A stretch of 38,637 nt of DNA from an uncultured Methanosarcinales archaeon. GTDB lineage: Archaea; Nanobdellota; Nanobdellia; Woesearchaeales; CAZJJJ01. Each line of letters starts with the position of its first letter. Positions within the stretch are counted from its first letter, which is position 1. The translations under genes were made by a program, and so were the position numbers. Where the stretch lies: positions 1-38,637 of the forward strand of contig CAZMXQ010000001.1 in assembly GCA_964570335.1 (NCBI GenBank), in the 5' to 3' direction. Below, in pieces: positions 35,087-38,637 of this stretch. Below the pieces are notes generated by a model. It searched no databases and was not told where the DNA came from. It saw nothing but the letters and a program-made list of their open reading frames with translations.

Positions 35087-35153
35087 GAAAGCTGATTTTT
35101 GCTGACAAAGCGAGATGTGGGGTTCCAACCTGAATCGCGAAAGGTGATTAGAA

Positions 35154-35729
35154 ATGGGTCTATATAAATATATGAAAGAGCTTTGGAAAAGACCGAAGGA
35201 AAGCAACAAGGATAATTACAGAGAGCTCCTGCTGAAAGTAAGGAGAGAGAATGCTACCGTAAAGCTTGAGAGGCCTACAAGGCTTGACAGGGCCAGGTCG
35301 CTAGGATACAAGGCCAAGCAAGGAGTGTTTGTTGTCAGGCAGAGAGTATCAAAAGGTGGTCATAGCAGGCCTAAGATAAAGAAGGGTAGGAGATCGAAGC
35401 ACGCAGGACACAGATTGACCTTGGCTAAGAATTACAAGCTTATCGCTGAGGAGAGGGTTTCAAGGAAGTACAAGAATTCTGAAGTCTTGAACTCCTATAT
35501 GCTCTGTGAAGACGGTGTCAACAAGTGGTTCGAGGTCATAATGGTCGACAGGTCACACCCTGCAATCAAGAGTGATAAGCAGCTGTCATTCATCTCTAAG
35601 CCTGATCAGAAGGGAAGGCCTTTCAGAGGAAAGACCTCAACAGGAAAGAAGATGAGGTCTATGCACAAGAAGGGAAAGGGTGTTGAAAGATCAAGACCTA
35701 GCTCAAGATCAAATTCGAGAAGGCAATAA
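35154..35729 (+). CDS. rpl15e: 50S ribosomal protein L15e (eL15)
   Basis: The N-terminus MGLYKYMKELWKRPKE and the overall basic sequence are characteristic of eL15. Confidence 0.9.
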   Translation: MGLYKYMKELWKRPKESNKDNYRELLLKVRRENATVKLERPTRLDRARSLGYKAKQGVFVVRQRVSKGGHSRPKIKKGRRSKHAGHRLTLAKNYKLIAEERVSRKYKNSEVLNSYMLCEDGVNKWFEVIMVDRSHPAIKSDKQLSFISKPDQKGRPFRGKTSTGKKMRSMHKKGKGVERSRPSSRSNSRRQ

Positions 35730-35811
35730 GCCTTCTATTTTTGACATTTTTTGGTTTCTTTCTTGTTATTCTTTTTGAGGATGAGAATTGTTGTTATTTG
35801 AAAGGCATGCA

Positions 35812-36966
35812 TCATTCAGATTCGTATTCTATAGAATATTGTTCATTATTCATCTCATTATCAGAGACTATTATCGTGAATGATCCTTCTTCTTCGATAG
35901 CATCTTCAATTGTACAAAGGTATCTATCTTCATCATCAGTATCCATTTCTCTGCAATCCTTCAATGGGTCGAAAGGTTCATCAATGCCTACAACTCTTAT
36001 GGAGAGTGGGTTGATGCCAGATTCCATGTCGTAGACTTCAAAAGATAGGTCGCTCTCGTTAGCAACTCCTTGATATGGATTTATCTCTTCCACACTAGGT
36101 GCTGTTGTATCGCCTGTAGAATACCTTTCAGGAAAGTCGCTCAAGATCCTATTCATAGCATATAATGAGTGTAGCTCAGAGGAAAAGCTAAGGAAGATGA
36201 ATCTGTCCCCTTCCATGAGTGTCGCAACCTGGTAGTTGGGATTCTCGCTCTCGAATCTTCCCGCAAAGACTACGGAGTTGCGGAGATCAATGCTTCTTTC
36301 AACTTCGAGGAAAAGATCTGTGAACACAGTTGCAATCATATGATCAGAGAATTCTATTATGAAAAGCTCGCGGGAATAGTCCTCGTCAGACCATTCATGG
36401 AGAGTGGCATTCTCTATCACTTCATGTCCTATATCTTCAACCAAAGAAAGTTCTTGAGATAATGCTTCTGGCACTATCTCACGTTCAGAGTAACCACTTA
36501 TATCCTCAAGTACATCAAGCTCGAAGTCTGATATGGTTATCGCTTCCCAGAATTCTTCGTCAGTCCTCTGAAGCGACTCGGCTATTATCGTTGATTCTGC
36601 AACATATATGACTCCTGTCGAGCCTGCAACCATTATTGCTATCACTATGCCTATGATTAGTATGCTTCCACTAGATTCTTTCAGTGCTGCTATGAGAGAT
36701 ATCAGCAATACGATGGAGAACGCGATAAGCATGGTTGTCCCGATATTGATTATCTCATTGAGCATCAGATCTTCCTCTGGGTCAATCATAACTCCAGAGC
36801 TATCGTATTCCTCTTCCATCTCGCCTCTTTGAGCGACATCTCTTTCCACCTCAGAATACTGGTCTAGATAGTCATCATCAAAGATGAAGCCATGCATGGG
36901 AGATGATAAGAATATGAGTGATATCAAGCATACAGTGATGAAAGCTAATGTTGTCTTTTGAGACAT
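35812..36966 (-). CDS. Acidic membrane-anchored orphan protein (signal peptide/TM + 2 TM + ~260-aa acidic domain)
   Basis: The N-terminus is MSQKTTLAFITVCLISLIFLSSPMHG, and two further hydrophobic helices lie around aa 75-125. The remainder is very Asp/Glu-rich. The start is one nt from the stop of 36968..37222 (TAG-T-ATG). Confidence 0.55.
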   Translation of the reverse strand: MSQKTTLAFITVCLISLIFLSSPMHGFIFDDDYLDQYSEVERDVAQRGEMEEEYDSSGVMIDPEEDLMLNEIINIGTTMLIAFSIVLLISLIAALKESSGSILIIGIVIAIMVAGSTGVIYVAESTIIAESLQRTDEEFWEAITISDFELDVLEDISGYSEREIVPEALSQELSLVEDIGHEVIENATLHEWSDEDYSRELFIIEFSDHMIATVFTDLFLEVERSIDLRNSVVFAGRFESENPNYQVATLMEGDRFIFLSFSSELHSLYAMNRILSDFPERYSTGDTTAPSVEEINPYQGVANESDLSFEVYDMESGINPLSIRVVGIDEPFDPLKDCREMDTDDEDRYLCTIEDAIEEEGSFTIIVSDNEMNNEQYSIEYESE

Positions 36967-36967
36967 A

Positions 36968-37222
36968 CTACCATCTTCTCACAGATCTTTTAGTAGTGAA
37001 CCTTTCTTGTCCCATGGATATTATCATATATCCGAAGGCATAAGATATCACGAACCAGCCGGTCGTTCCAAGAATGAGTCTGAGGTCAAACCAGTTTATC
37101 ACAGTAGAGAAGAAGAGTACTGGGAAGAAAAACCAGAAGAAAAAAGGGCATGCCTTAAGCTTAGAGTTATCTCTCTTTATAACCGACCATAGACTTCTAA
37201 AATGACCTAGTACCAACACCAT
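36968..37222 (-). CDS. Small membrane protein (hypothetical), co-transcribed with 35812..36966
   Basis: The hydrophobic segments are CPFFFWFFFPVLFFSTVINWF and GWFVISYAFGYMIISM. I chose the ATG at 37222; the track opens at TTG 37231. Confidence 0.4.
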   Translation of the reverse strand: MVLVLGHFRSLWSVIKRDNSKLKACPFFFWFFFPVLFFSTVINWFDLRLILGTTGWFVISYAFGYMIISMGQERFTTKRSVRRW

Positions 37223-37318
37223 GTAATCCAACCCAGAAGACTTTGAGTACAGATGATTAATAACTCTTTCTATTTGTTCAGGTATAGTAATGATATATTG
37301 TAAGCTTCATATTACGTA

Positions 37319-37328
37319 ATATTTATAA
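37319..37328 (+). promoter_or_regulatory. TATA box (ATATTTATAA), leaderless-type promoter
   Basis: It lies about 28 nt upstream of the ATG at 37351. Confidence 0.4.
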
Positions 37329-37350
37329 CATCAGAAGCTATACTGTAATT

Positions 37351-38037
37351 ATGCGGTATATAAGGTCATTGTTCAGTGCTTCTGTAAATGTGATAATACC
37401 TTCTCTGATCATGTCTTTCATGAGCGATGAGAATCTTCTTGGACCGCACTATGCATTCCTTATAGCGTTGCTCCTTCCACTATCTTATGGTATATATTAT
37501 CTCTCTGTAGAGAAGAGATATAGTGTATTCTCCATCATCGGACTTATAAGCATCCTTTTGACAGGAGGCTTTGGTTTCATGGAACTATCTCATGGTTGGA
37601 TGATATCCAAGGAGACTGCAATACCTGCTGTTATAGGAGTTGTGATACTGCTGACAGGTTATATGAAGAGACCTTTCATCAGCGTCATCCTTGATGAAGT
37701 GCTCGATATGGAATCTGTAAAGAAAGATTATAAGAAGAAAGGGAAAGAGAAGATGCTCTCTAGACATATAGATCAGGCAAATACTCTTTTCTCCATAATA
37801 TTCTTTATAGGTGCTATACTTAACCTTGTGCTCAGTTTAACACTGTTAGCAAGTGATCCTGGCACACCAGAGTATGCTTCAGAAGTGGGAAGGCTCGCTG
37901 CTCTCTCATTTCCTGCAATAGTACTTCCTATCATAATACTACTGACCATAGTCTTCGCTATTCTTGCGGGCAATATAGAGAAGAGTACCGGGAATGATAT
38001 AATGGATTACATGGGACAAAAAAAAGAAGGTAGATGA
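37351..38037 (+). CDS. Multi-pass membrane protein (hypothetical)
   Basis: About 6 hydrophobic helices flank a basic cytoplasmic loop (KKDYKKKGKEK). No family recognised. Confidence 0.55.
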   Translation: MRYIRSLFSASVNVIIPSLIMSFMSDENLLGPHYAFLIALLLPLSYGIYYLSVEKRYSVFSIIGLISILLTGGFGFMELSHGWMISKETAIPAVIGVVILLTGYMKRPFISVILDEVLDMESVKKDYKKKGKEKMLSRHIDQANTLFSIIFFIGAILNLVLSLTLLASDPGTPEYASEVGRLAALSFPAIVLPIIILLTIVFAILAGNIEKSTGNDIMDYMGQKKEGR

Positions 38038-38038
38038 A

Positions 38039-38536
38039 TCAGTCTTCTCGCCTCAAAAAGAACTCAACTTCATCTCCAACATCTATCCCGTTTTTCTCGA
38101 CAAGGCCTCCGTTAATCTCTAGGACGTATTTTGCAGGCCTCGCTGAGCTTATGCTTGAACATGGACCTTCTGTACAAGGTTGTGCTTCTTCATTTATGTG
38201 CACCACATTTCTTCCACTATCTATCCATATTATATCAAGCTCTATCAAGGTATTCTTCATCCAGAATGAGTAATGTCCTTCCTGCTCGAATATGAAGAGC
38301 ATCCCTTCATCTTCTGAAAGATCTTGTATATGCATGAGACCTTCTTCCCTTGTCTCTTGGTTGTCTGCTATCTCAACATCAAAGCATTTTTCATCAAAAC
38401 ATACGCTATCTTTGCTTCCCGTATATATTGGTACAATAAGTATTATGATAATCAAGGATATAAGGAAGAGCAAGCTATATCTGTACTTAAGGGAATATCT
38501 TATGGACTTGTCCAAGTAAGTTTTTCTTATTCTCAT
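38039..38536 (-). CDS. DUF192-domain protein with N-terminal membrane anchor
   Basis: The segment EIADNQETREEGLMHIQDLSEDEGMLFIF...FWMKNTLIELDIIWID...YVLEINGG matches the DUF192 (COG1430) pattern. Confidence 0.7.
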   Translation of the reverse strand: MRIRKTYLDKSIRYSLKYRYSLLFLISLIIIILIVPIYTGSKDSVCFDEKCFDVEIADNQETREEGLMHIQDLSEDEGMLFIFEQEGHYSFWMKNTLIELDIIWIDSGRNVVHINEEAQPCTEGPCSSISSARPAKYVLEINGGLVEKNGIDVGDEVEFFLRRED

Positions 38537-38596
38537 GACACAATTTATGTTGATATCATTAATTAATCTGTCTGTAATATTTCTTTATTCCGTGTT

Positions 38597-38637
38597 GGGT
38601 TTAATACCCCGGAGCTCTGCTCCGGAAGATATTAAAC
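38597..38637 (+). repeat. Structured repeat, copy B (truncated by window end), related to 13550..13640
   Basis: The sequence is GGGTTTAATACCCCGGAGCTCTGCTCCGGAAGATATTAAAC. It has a GC hairpin CCGGAGC-tct-GCTCCGG (38609..38625) enclosed by GGGTTTAATA / TATTAAAC complementarity that runs off the window edge. The 5' flank TTTATTCCGTGTTGGGTTTAATAC matches 20 of 24 positions of TTTATTACGGTTTGGGTGTAATAC at 13537..13560. Confidence 0.4.

Noticed and set aside
35100-35153. The rpl15e 5' leader hairpin (GCGA...GGTTccAACC...TCGC) as an autoregulatory ribosomal-protein leader
   Set aside because: The complementarity is short and imperfect, and I know of no described eL15 leader motif to compare it with. 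It is mentioned only in passing.
1-38637. CRISPR arrays, rRNA genes, tRNA genes, inteins in nrdA/infB/helicases, and integrase or transposase genes
   Set aside because: All intergenic regions longer than 60 bp were read on both strands. I found no repeat-spacer periodicity, no cloverleaf-compatible GC-rich ~75-nt segment and no rRNA-like sequence. NrdA, aIF5B, Lhr and the DEAD-box protein have uninterrupted motif order and ordinary lengths. No ORF shows recombinase or transposase motifs.

Overview
This is a compact, visibly AT-rich, almost fully coding archaeal chromosomal window. Archaeal markers are aIF5B, Cbf5, ribosomal protein eL15, an Ogg2-type glycosylase, class III (prepilin-type) signal peptides, and TATA boxes of the form ATATTTAAAT placed about 25-30 nt before many start codons, so many mRNAs look leaderless. 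Tight gene packing, many orphan Lys/Glu-rich proteins and sparse metabolism suggest a small-genome, DPANN-like archaeon; that placement is inference. Contents from left to right: (1) A type IV pilus-like locus at 3..7514 with several prepilin-like genes, a FlaI/PilB-family ATPase, and a membrane platform split into two same-frame genes by TGATGA. (2) An NFACT-R-only protein and thioredoxin reductase. (3) A bacterial-looking class I ribonucleotide reductase operon. Its NrdA has tandem ATP-cones. Its NrdB has the class Ic (R2c) signature, with Phe at the radical-Tyr site and Glu as the first metal ligand. The promoter carries NrdR-box-like palindromes. An 86-bp tandem duplication between nrdA and nrdB creates two stop/start-overlapping leader ORFs. 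(4) The base-excision repair genes nth and ogg, a YhbY-like protein, a 2Fe-2S ferredoxin-like protein and a D-2-hydroxyacid dehydrogenase. (5) aIF5B, a 646-aa orphan, Cbf5, a 2H phosphoesterase and a DedA-like protein. (6) A roughly 156-bp element with perfect 13-bp terminal inverted repeats, flanking 8-bp direct repeats and an extensively self-complementary interior, which I call a MITE-like or structured-RNA element. (7) A sugar module made of a HAD-IIB phosphatase plus a fused beta-phosphoglucomutase/GH65 phosphorylase. (8) An M24 peptidase, a lipoprotein, an Lhr-like helicase, a PEMT/ICMT-like protein, a DEAD-box helicase, eL15, several membrane orphans and a DUF192 protein. I found no rRNA, tRNA or CRISPR array. 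All protein calls come from motif recognition by eye in the supplied translations; no database search was run.
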